A program made the position numbers and the translations under genes. A model generated the notes under the pieces. That model saw only the letters and a list, made by a program, of their open reading frames with translations, had not been told where the DNA came from and did not search any database. A stretch of DNA of 63,864 nt, filler included, from Ministeria vibrans ATCC 50519 (taxonomy: Eukaryota > Protista > Filasterea): NCBI GenBank assembly GCA_943704425.1. It is 9 parts of 9 records of this genome, joined end to end, with 100 filler letters (N's around TTAATTAATTAA, not from the genome) between each part and the next. Parts side by side here need not be neighbours in the genome. Positions count along the whole stretch, not along the records: positions 50,151 to 52,826 come from CALSCP010002452.1; positions 52,927 to 55,108 come from CALSCP010000297.1; positions 55,209 to 58,432 come from CALSCP010001987.1; positions 58,533 to 59,895 come from CALSCP010002763.1; positions 59,996 to 62,118 come from CALSCP010002043.1; 4 more parts are not named here. One strand, given 5' to 3'. Positions 50,151 to 60,101 of the stretch are shown piece by piece; positions within the stretch are counted from its first letter, which is position 1; every line of letters starts with the position of its first letter.

Positions 50151-51244
50151 GTAAGCTTGATCGCCGTCCAGTCTGCCGAGACAAGGACATTCTGTGGCTT
50201 CACATCCAGATGCACCAGCTCCTGTGCGTGCGTAAACTGCAGTCCTCGCGCCATACTCCTCACGACGTGTGTCCACCGAGTCTGTCGTGCGGCCTCCCTC
50301 ATGTCGAGCGAGTACATCTCGCCCGCTGCCATCATCTCGTCCAGGTCGCACGAGTTCTCCATGTACTCCATCATGATCACCGGCAGCCCATGCATCAGAT
50401 CTGCCTCGAAGCACGTGACAACGTTTGGGTGGCCCTCTGACAGTTGAAGCCAGTGGATCGCTTCGCTCTTCACATCGGCGACCGTCCAGGCGGACTGTGA
50501 TGGGCGTGACGTTTCGCCGTTCGCACGACACACCTGCTTGTGTCCGACCTTGATGGCCATGGTGATTCCCGTGGCGCGCTCGTGGGCGCGCAGCACAACG
50601 CCAAAGCCCCCGTCGCCAAGGCAGGCGTCGAGATGGAATCGCGTCGGCTCAACACTGCGCCCGTACAGACAGTGGAAGGGCTTCTTCTTGTGCTTGTGCG
50701 CCAGTGCACGCTGCGCAAGCCTCTTGGGCGTCTCTGCGGCCAGCGAGCGAAGGGACTGCACAGCGGCGCCGGTGTCGAGGGCGTCAAGGGCTGCGTTGAC
50801 TGTGGAGAGCACACTGTCGCGCAACTTGGCTTCTGCAAAGAGCACTTCCCAACAAGGCTCTCCGTCCGCGAACGACACCGTTAGCGATGGGAACCCCTTC
50901 TCCTTGTATGCCATCGTGCTGCTGCCAACGCCTGTGATTGACCCAAATGGCGCACAGGAGACAGACTGAACGGATGAAAAAAAAAAAAAAACGAACGCGT
51001 CAAAAAAAGAAAAAAAAAAAAACGATGTGCGGTCGATTACCCCATCCGGACCCACGCACATTGTCAGGGTCTTGGCAAAGACGTCTATGTAGAGAGAAAC
51101 GGGTCGGTCTGCAAGGCACGAGCGGAAATGATGAGAATTGAGCGACTTGTTTGCGACTGGCTGACTTTCACGACTGCAGCCTCCGGTGAGGCAGACGAGT
51201 CCATTGTACGCTTCGGCATATGCAGCAGGGGCGGCGTGCGGCAT
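50151..51244 (-). CDS. Ser/Thr protein kinase with possible N-terminal PH-like domain (3'-truncated, 1 intron)
   Basis: LGDGGFGVV (Gly loop), AIK, EAIHWLQL-HPNVV, MEY and VHLDVKPQNVL. A poly-T stretch at about 50970-51030 marks an intron. Confidence 0.85.
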
Positions 51245-52261
51245 CGTGACAATATTAAGTGATGGATTGAACTCATTGAAAAAGAAGACATTTCCAATTT
51301 AATCAATCACAAACGACAAGCGACAACACGAACAGCTCAGAACCACTCTCTACGCTACGGAAGCGTCGAGACTCGAGAGGGAGCGGAGATGGGTTTGCTG
51401 ATAGCCAGGCAAGTGACGCGATAGGCACCAGATACATCATCATATTATAATGAGTTATTGAATGTGACTCATACCAGCCTTGTATAATATTCTCAGACGT
51501 CTGGCAACTACGATCATTCTGAAATTGCCTCCACCAAGCTGCAAGCACAACATGATACATGGCTGCCCGTTGATAATTGATAAAGGAAAGATCAAGACGT
51601 AGAGTCTCTGCACATTGCATGGCGGTGAATGGCGGTCTTCGTTACTTGACTTGTTACGCTGAATTTATCCATGAATTATCCACTTCTGAGCACCTCTGAC
51701 CGCAACGGCGCTACTTTAAGCGTATCCGCCTATCCGGTTGTTGGTGGATAGCATGAGTGGAATGGAGTTCACACATTTTATTGATATGGTGTGGGGAGGG
51801 GAGGTGGAGATTTGGTGCCCGATCGTTTCAGTTGTTTACTGTAAGAAGTGAAACGCTCTCAACTTACTCTCAACCCCAAGAAGAATGAGATTGAGCACCC
51901 ATATAAATAATTCTCGTAGCAGGGAAACTTGCTGGCGCCGTTTCCGAGTATTTGCATCAAATAATGATCAAAGGGAAGGAATACAAAGAATAAATGAATA
52001 AAGAAAGGCATTGTGAAGACGCAGAAGGGGGAAAAGAGTATTCGACAATGGACATTTCTTCTCGGGTTAAAAATAAAGAAGAACTCGACCTATGTATGTA
52101 ATTTTAATGTCAACTCCAACCCGAATTCTAATTATAGAATATAGGAATCCAAAGCCGACATATTTTTCAACATTCATTACTAATCTTTTTTTCATTTCAT
52201 TCTATTTGTTCTCCTTGTTCAAAAAACCACTCCCCTCCAACAAGCAGAAGAACAACTCAAC

Positions 52262-52805
52262 ATGCCCAACTCTTGGAACGCTTTCCAGTCCGCTCACGCC
52301 GGCCAGGGACTCAGTCGCAGTGGTAAGAAAGGAAGAACAATAAAATCGGTCGAGCAACTTCCGAGTAACTCCTTTGTATATACTCACTCCAAAACAAATA
52401 GATATATCCCAGGCATACCACGCCTCCTGCAGTAGCAGTAGCAGCTCCAGCTCTTACTGCGTCTCGACCGACAGTGGTCCTGCCTCTGCGCCAACCCCAG
52501 CCTATTCAGCCGCAGCCTCTCCCTCCGTTCGAGCCACGACCGCAGGTGCCTCTGCTCCCAAGGCCGCTGCAGCCTCCGCCATGGACGCGACTCCGACCTC
52601 AAAGGCCGCAACAGCCTCCACTAAGAGCACTCCCTCCAAGGCCTCCGACTGGAACGCGTACCAGAAGGCCCGTAGTGACGCTGGTGACTACACCACGCCC
52701 GAGAAGGTGGCCAGGGACTTCAAGGAGTCCAAGACGCCCTTCAGCGAGACAACCCGTGCCACCATGGATGCGCTCCACCCGCGCACGAAGAAGGGTAGCG
52801 ACGAG
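52262..52805 (+). CDS. Low-complexity Ala/Ser/Thr protein with two short helical W-N-A-[FY]-Q modules (partial)
   Basis: Exon 1 MPNSWNAFQSAHAGQGLSRS, intron GTAAGA...ATAG, exon 2 DISQAYH...SDWNAYQKARSDAG...KVARDFKESK, then a GTCAGT donor before the contig end. Confidence 0.6.
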
Positions 52806-53210
52806 GTCAGTCCCCCCCACCCCCCCNNNNNNNNNNNNNNNNNNNNNNNNNNNNNNNNNNNNNNNNNNNNTTAATTAATTAANNNNNNNNNNNNNNNNNN
52901 NNNNNNNNNNNNNNNNNNNNNNNNNNCGACGAGAGAAGAAGGGAAGGGGAGGGGGCGGGGCGGGCGGTGGGGAGAGAGGGAAGGGACGCAGACACAGGGG
53001 CGGACGGCGACTCCAAAAAGAAGAGAGAAACAAACGAGAAAAAAAGGCAGAGACGAGTGCGGCGGCAACGGAGTAGAGAGCAACGCATGGGTGCAAGAGG
53101 GTGGCGGCAATCGATGCCGCTAGGGTGCGGGTTGGAGCGCAGGAAGACGTCGACGTCATGGATTCTTTCTTTTTTCTTTTTTTTTTTTTTCTCTCTCTCT
53201 TTTCTCGTAC

Positions 53211-53415
53211 TTGAGCTTTCTGGAAGCGAGCGACCGCGCGCATAGCACGACAGACGCCATGTGTCGGCATTGAAGATGTAACGACGCTCCTGCGGCTTGT
53301 TTTTCACCAGCAAACGAATCATGTCGGAACCCGATTTCATCGCTTCGAGTGTCGCAGGCGACAGATCCGCCGCGTCCAGCGTCTTCGACCCATCCTTCAC
53401 CTTCTTGCGAAGCAT
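53211..53415 (-). CDS. First exon of a gene divergent from the MST kinase, possibly a PLC-type PH domain start
   Basis: MLRKKV...LEAMKSGSDMIRLLVKNKPQERRYIFNADTWRLSCY loosely resembles PLC PH-domain N-termini. A GTACGA donor follows. Confidence 0.35.
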
Positions 53416-53701
53416 AATGAGCCAATGTCTTGAATTGAATTGGTTTTGACTTTTGACTTGATGATTAAGGAACGTTTGTTTGGTAATATAAATACATACA
53501 TTTCAGTGCCAACGGCACGAGGTGCTTTATGATATGTGTACTGTGCAGGGACTACTGAGTAACCAGTAGACGACTAGACGAGTAGAGGTAGTAGTAAGAT
53601 CAAGGTCTGAGAGACGGAGACTGCGAAGAGTCAATCAACAAAATACATAAAGACGAATAGTTTACTCCACCCACAAAGCACAAATCACAATTATTTCCAC
53701 G

Positions 53702-54995
53702 ATGACGACGTCGACGTCACTGCCCCCCATGCTGAACGACGAGAGTCTCAGTCGGAAACCGGAGGAGGTCTTCGATATCATTGGCAAACTTGGTGAAGGG
53801 TGAGTGGCCGTTCTTTTTTTACTCTTCTGCAAAAGGGAGGAGAGTGCCGCCCTGGAATGGCACCGCTCGCTTGCCCTGCCCGCTCGCCATTCTTGCCCCA
53901 GATCCTCTTCCGGCCCAAGCGCCGTCGCCCAGCGTCTCCTTCTCATGCTATGCACCCAACTGTTTACGTCACCCCCTTTGGGTCTTTGATGCGACTCCAT
54001 CTCAGGCCCCATCCTCCCCTATTCCAGCCTGCCTCGATCCCAATGCGTCACACACGCCCACTCCTCTCTTCATGCCTGTGCTGTCGAGCCGCTACCTTTT
54101 TTTATGCTTCTTTATGTCTTTTTTTTATCCATTTTTTGTCCCTCTCTCTCTCTCTGCGCTAAACCAAGTTGCTTCCCCTAGGTCTTACGGTGCGGTGTAT
54201 AAGGGACGTATGAAAGAAGGCAACGATATGATCGCCGTGAAACAGATTCCTATGGAGAATGATTTGGAGGACATTTTAAAAGAGGTACAATAGACGACGT
54301 CTTCGTGTTGAGCAGTGTTGACAGTCGAAGGATGACAACCCTTATATTGCTTATATTGCGTGACGCCGTCTTTCCTGGTGTGTGTAGGTCAGCATTATGC
54401 AACAGTGCCATCATCCTCACATTGTGAAATACTACGGAAGCTACTTCAAAGGAACAGATATGTGGGTATGGCACTTCGCTCTCCACTGCAGATGTGCACA
54501 CCACATGAGCGCTGAGGCTCTTCTTTTCGGTCTTTGTAGATTTGTATGGAGTTGTGTGGTGCTGGTTCTGTCACAGATGTGATGCGCCTTCGAAAGAAGG
54601 TTTTGAAGGAGCCTCAAATAGCCAACATTTTGTATCAGACTTTGTTGGTAAGATTTATTTTTTGTTTTGTTTGGCATGCACTTAATCGTGTCGGTGTATC
54701 ATAGGGACTGGACTTTTTGCACACGAAGAAATTGATGATTCACCGTGACATCAAGGCGGGCAACATTCTACTGAACACCAAAGGGATTGCCAAGCTGGCG
54801 GACTTTGGGGTGACGGGTCAGCTGCAGGATGCCACGAGCAAACGCAACACAGTCATTGGGACGCCTTTCTGGATGGCCCCTGAAGTCATCCAGGAAATTG
54901 GTCACGACACCAAGGCCGATATTTGGTCACTAGGCATCACCATCATCGAAATGGCCCAGGGCCGTCCTCCCCATTCTGATGTCCATCCCATGCGG
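53702..54995 (+). CDS. STE20-family MST1/2 (Hippo-like) kinase, 3'-truncated, 5 exons visible
   Basis: [21 protein letters not shown]|SYGAVYK...AVKQIP...DLEDILKE|VSIMQQC...KYYGSYFK...[13 protein letters not shown]...[12 protein letters not shown]...[21 protein letters not shown]...HPMR, closely matching STK3/STK4. Confidence 0.92.
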
Positions 54996-55213
54996 GTCAG
55001 TTGTTGTCGTTGTTCTTTCTCGTTTTTCTTAGTTGTTGTTCACACTAATATCATCATCGCATTGTTGTTGTCGTTGTTCTTTCTCGTTTTTCTTAGTTGT
55101 TGTTCACGNNNNNNNNNNNNNNNNNNNNNNNNNNNNNNNNNNNNNNNNNNNNTTAATTAATTAANNNNNNNNNNNNNNNNNNNNNNNNNNNNNNNNNNNN
55201 NNNNNNNNTATGT

Positions 55214-58200
55214 TTAGGGACATGTCCCCCACTTGGGAAGATTTGAAGCCTTAAAGCCTTCGGCAAAATATTTTGGGCCGTATTTAATTCGAGGAACGCA
55301 CCATTCACTGAGACTAAGAAATGACGAGAAGAAAATGAGTAGAGAAGGTATCGACTTTTAGTGTCGAACTCTTGTTTGAAGGATGATGCTCCATCGAACA
55401 TGTAAGACATATCAGTGACACTCTACAGAATGGAGTAAGTGAGATGTGTGACGTATTCAGAGTGCCACTCACTGAAGTGTCAAACGTCAGTGGTTGATTG
55501 AAAAATGTTGCTCCACGGAACATGGAATACATAGAAGTGACACTCTACGGAATGGAGTAAGTGAGATGTGTGACGTATTCAGAGTGCCACTCACTGAAGT
55601 GTCAAATGTCAGTGGTTGATTGAAGGATGATGCTCCACGGAACATGTGAGACATAGAAGTGACACTCTACGGAATGGAGTAAGTGAGATGTGTGACGTTT
55701 TCAGAGTGCCACTCACTGAAGTGTCAAACGTCAGTGGTTGATTGAAGGATGATGCTCCATCGAACATGTGAGACATATCAGTGACACTCTACGGAATGGA
55801 GTAAGTGAGATGTGTGACGTATTCAGAGTGCCACTCACTGAAGTGTCAAACGTCAGTGGTTGATTGAAGGATGATGCTACACTGAACATCCAAGACATAT
55901 CAGTGACACTCTACGGAATGGAGTAAGTGAGATGTGTGACGTTTTCAGAGTGCCACTCACTGAAGTGTCAAACGTCAGTGGTTGATTGAAGGATGATGCT
56001 CCACTGAACATGCCAGACATAGAAGTTACACTCTACGGAATGGAGTAAGTGAGATGTGTGACGTATTCAGAGTGCCACTCACTGAAGTGTCAAACGTCAG
56101 TGATTGATTGAAGAATGATGCTCCACTGAACATGTGAGACATATCAGTGACACTCTACGGAATGGAGTAAGTGAGATGTGTGACGTTTTCAGAGTGCCAC
56201 TCACTGAAGTGTCAAACGTCAGTGGTTGATTGAAGGATGATGCTCCACGGAACATGTGAGACATAGAAGTGACACTCTACGGAATGGAGTAAGTGAGATG
56301 TGTGACGTATTCAGAGTGCCACTCACTGAAGTGTCAAATGTCAGTGGTTGATTGAAGGATGATGCTCCACTGAACATGGAAGACATAGAAGTGACACTCT
56401 ACGGAATGGAGTAAGTGAGATGTGTGACGTTTTCAGAGTGCCACTCACTGAAGTGTCAAACGTCAGTGGTTGATTGAAGGATGATGCTCCACTGAACATG
56501 GAAGACATAGAAGTGACACTCTACGGAATGGAGTAAGTGAGATGTGTGACGTTTTCAGAGTGCCACTCACTGAAGTGTCAAACGTCAGTGGTTGATTGAA
56601 GGATGATGCTCCACTGAACATGGAAGACATAGAAGTGACACTCTACGGAATGGAGTAAGTGAGATGTGTGACGTATTCAGAGTGCCACTCACTGAAGTGT
56701 CAAACGTCAATGGTTGATTGAAGGATGATGCTCCACTGAACATCCAAGACATAGAAGTGACACTCTACGGAATGGAGTAAGTGAGATGTGTGACGTATTC
56801 AGAGTGCCACTCACTGAAGTGTCAAATGTCAGTGGTTGATTGAAGGATGATGCTCCACTGAACATGGAAGACATAGAAGTGACACTCTACGGAATGGAGT
56901 AAGTGAGATGTGTGACGTATTCAGAGTGCCACTCACTGAAGTGTCAAACGTTAGTGGTTGATTCAAGGATGATGCTCCATCGAACATGGAATACATATAA
57001 GTGACACTCTACGGAATGGAGTAAGTGAGATGTGTGACGTAGTCAGAGTGCCACTCACTGAAGTGTCAAACGTCAGTGGTTGATTGAAGGATGATGCTCC
57101 ATCGAACATGGAATACATATAGGTGACACGCTACGGAATGGAGTAAGTGAGATGTGTGACGTATTCAGAGTGCCACTCACTGAAGTGTCAAACGTCAGTG
57201 GTTGATTGAAGGATGATGCTACACTGAACATCCAAGACATATCAGTGACACTCTACGGAATGGAGTAAGTGAGATGTGTGACGTTTTCAGAGTGCCACTC
57301 ACTGAAGTGTCAAACGTCAGTGGTTGATTGAAGGATGATGCTCCACGGAACATGTGAGACATAGAAGTGACACTCTACGGAATGGAGTAAGTGAGATGTG
57401 TGACGTATTCAGAGTGCCACTCACTGAAGTGTCAAACGTCAGTGGTTGATTGAAGGATGATGCTCCATAGAACATGGAAGACATAGAAGTGACACTCTAC
57501 GGAATGGAGTAAGTGAGATGTGTGACGTTTTCAGAGTGCCACTCACTGAAGTGTCAAACGTCAGTGGTTGATTGAAGGATGATGCTCTACTGAACATGTG
57601 AGACATAGAAGTGACACTCTACGGAATGGAGTAAGTGAGATGTGTCACAAATTTAGAGTGCCACTCACTGAAGTGTCAAACGTCAGTGGTTGATTGAAGG
57701 ATGATGCTCCATCGAACATGGAATACATATAAATGACACTCTACGGAATGGAGTAAATGAGATGTGTGACGTATTCAGAGTGCCACTCACTGAAGTGTCA
57801 AGCGCCAGTGGTTGATCGAAGGATGATGCTCTACTGAACATGTGAGACATATCAGTGACAGTCTACGGAATGGAGTAAGTGAGATGTGTGACGTTTTCAG
57901 AGTGCCACTCACTGAAGTGTCAAACGTCAGTGGTTGATTGAAGGATGATGCTCCATCGAACATGGAATACATATAAGTGACACTCTACGGAATGGAGTAA
58001 GTGAGATGTGTGACGTATTCAGAGTGCCACTCACTGAAGTGTCAAATGTCAGTGGTTGATTGAAGGATGATGCTCCATCGAACATCCAAGACATAGAAGT
58101 GACACTCTACGGAATGGAGTAAGTGAGATGTGTGACGTATTCAGAGTGCCACTCACTGAAGTATCAAACGTCAGTGGTTGATTGAAGGATGATGCTCCAC

Positions 58201-58432
58201 GGAACATGCGAGACATAGAAGTGACACTCTACGGAATGGAGTAAGTGAGATGTGTGACGTATTCAGAGTGCCACTCACTGAAGTGTCAAGCGCCAGTGGT
58301 TGATTCAAGGATGATGCTCCACTGAACATGGAAGACATAGAAGTGACACTCTACGGAATGGAGTAAGTGAGATGTGTGACGTTTTCAAAGTGCCACTCAC
58401 TGAAGTGTCAAATGTCAGTGGTTGATTGAAGG
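55214..58432 (-). CDS. DUF285/BspA-type repeat protein encoded one repeat per exon (at least 26 repeat exons plus a C-terminal cap exon); 5'-truncated
   Basis: 72-nt exons read SVTxMxxMFxxASSFNQPLTFDTS, separated by 50-nt GTGAGT...GTAG introns. The last repeat exon splices over a 56-nt GTTCGA...TTAG intron (55314-55369) to give FKQDLSEWCVPRIKYGPKYFAEGFKASNLPKWGTCP*. No stops or indels in any exon. Confidence 0.88.
55370..58432. repeat. 122-bp tandem array (~25 units) made of exon plus intron
   Basis: Intron 3' ends (plus-strand CTAC) recur at 55423 + 122k, for k = 0-24, through 58351 with no length variation. Confidence 0.97.
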
Positions 58433-58668
58433 NNNNNNNNNNNNNNNNNNNNNNNNNNNNNNNNNNNNNNNNNNNNTTAATTAATTAANNNNNNNNNNNN
58501 NNNNNNNNNNNNNNNNNNNNNNNNNNNNNNNNCACACACACACACACACACACACACCCACCCACCCACACCCACACACATATACGGTCTCTCTCTGTCT
58601 CGCTCACCAACTCGCTCTCTCTCTCTTTCTCTCTCACTTTTTTTTTTTTTTGGTGGGGCATTTGGTAG

Positions 58669-59137
58669 AGGTTCGCTCAAGTGGTACATCCGACTGACGG
58701 TAAAGTTCAAGACGACGCCTGCGCACCACGTGACGGAGTCGACGGGACTGCCTGCGCATCTGGTGACGACGGCCAAGGGTGATGTGCTCTTTGAGGATGA
58801 GAATGTGCGCGTGTGGCCCGTCACGCACTTCCCGCAACCCGCTGTCAACGCCGCATCCGACCGCATGGTCACTGAGGCCGTCGCCAAGTTTGCCAGTGAG
58901 GTCAGTCCCACCCTTTTTTGATCCGTCCCTATACCTTAACCTCCCCGCTCACCCCCACCCCCCTCCGTGTAGCGCATCCTGCGGCAGCGGCAGTCCATTC
59001 GCGGCGTGCCCATTGCCGAAGTGAGTGCTGTCTACAAACAGGGTCCCATCCAGGTCTTCTGGGTCTATGGCCATGGCCACAGTGTCCATGCCCCCCAGTA
59101 TCCCCAGAAAGTCTGCTGGGGCTGCACCATTGTCTAA
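58669..59137 (+). CDS. SSUH2: SSUH2 homolog, C-terminal two exons (58669-58900, 58973-59137), ending in a CaaX motif
   Basis: GSLKWYIRLTVKFK...GDVLFEDENVRVWPVTHFPQPAVNAAS...|RILRQRQSIRGVPIAEV...FWVYG...YPQKVCWGCTIV*, matching the SSUH2 C-terminal domain. Confidence 0.85.
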
Positions 59138-59209
59138 CCCCTCTCCCTTTGATGAGTACACTTTCATATTCAACACCATCCACTGTTTCCTTTGATGTTC
59201 ACTGAGTGT

Positions 59210-59784
59210 CTACCTACGATGGCGTCTCTCTCTGTCTCTGTCGCGATCTCTGTCTCTGTCGCGATCTCTGTCTCTGTCGCGATCTCTGTCTCGTTCGCGG
59301 TCGCGGTCGCGGTCGCGATGTCGACGGTACTCCTTGTCACGGTAGTCTCTGTCGCGATCCCTTTCGCGGCTGCGACTGCGACTGTGTCTGCGACTGTGGC
59401 TGCGACTGCGCCGCGACGACCGCCCCTCGCCGGCACCGTCGTCATTGGTAGGGCCGTCATCCTTGCCGTCCCCCTCAGACTCGCTGTCGCTGTGGTCCAC
59501 GCGCCGTGCCATCATTGCCTCTCGTCGCTTCACAATCTCCATCGCTCGTTCGATCTGGCGGCTTTGTGCCACCGGCAACTGGTTCGCTGGCTTCACCACC
59601 GCGTTCTTCGACGGACCCACCTTGCACGGTCGGTCCCCGAGAATCGCCCCAGACAGCATCAGTGCCCGTTGTAGTCCTTCTTGCGTCTCAAACTCCACAA
59701 AGGCAAACCGCGTCGACTGAGTCATATCGCCCGATAGTCGGCAAAACGCCACTTTGCCACAGCCGGAAAAGTACTTGACAAGCT
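59210..59784 (-). CDS. SREK1/SRSF11-like splicing factor (RRM plus RS/RD-rich tail), last exon
   Basis: YFSGCGKVAFCRLSGDMTQSTRFAFVEFE...LSGAILGDRPCKVGPSKNAVVKP followed by RS and (RD)n repeats. Confidence 0.85.
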
Positions 59785-59786
59785 CT

Positions 59787-59895
<109 letters not shown>

Positions 59896-60040
59896 NNNNN
59901 NNNNNNNNNNNNNNNNNNNNNNNNNNNNNNNNNNNNNNNTTAATTAATTAANNNNNNNNNNNNNNNNNNNNNNNNNNNNNNNNNNNNNNNNNNNNACGCA
60001 CAGGAGTTTGCTGGGGAAGGAAGAAATGAATAAAACTGAA

Positions 60041-60100
60041 CCCTAACCCTAACCCTAACCCTAACCCTAACCCTAACCCTAACCCTAACCCTAACCCTAA
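60041..60100 (+). repeat. (CCCTAA)10 telomere-type repeat, interstitial
   Basis: Ten perfect copies, flanked on both sides by non-telomeric sequence. Confidence 0.95.
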
Positions 60101-60101
60101 G

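Noticed and set aside
51300-52200. Possible ncRNA or ORF between the kinase and the WNAFQ gene
   Set aside because: No tRNA, rRNA or snRNA signature recognised, so it was treated as divergent intergenic sequence.
55370-58432. CRISPR array or non-coding satellite
   Set aside because: The variable parts are homologous codon variants, not unique spacers. There are no cas genes, the context is eukaryotic, and the unit parses exactly into GT-AG intron plus in-frame exon.
55370-58432. Diversity-generating retroelement target
   Set aside because: No reverse transcriptase or template repeat is visible, and the substitutions are not adenine-specific.
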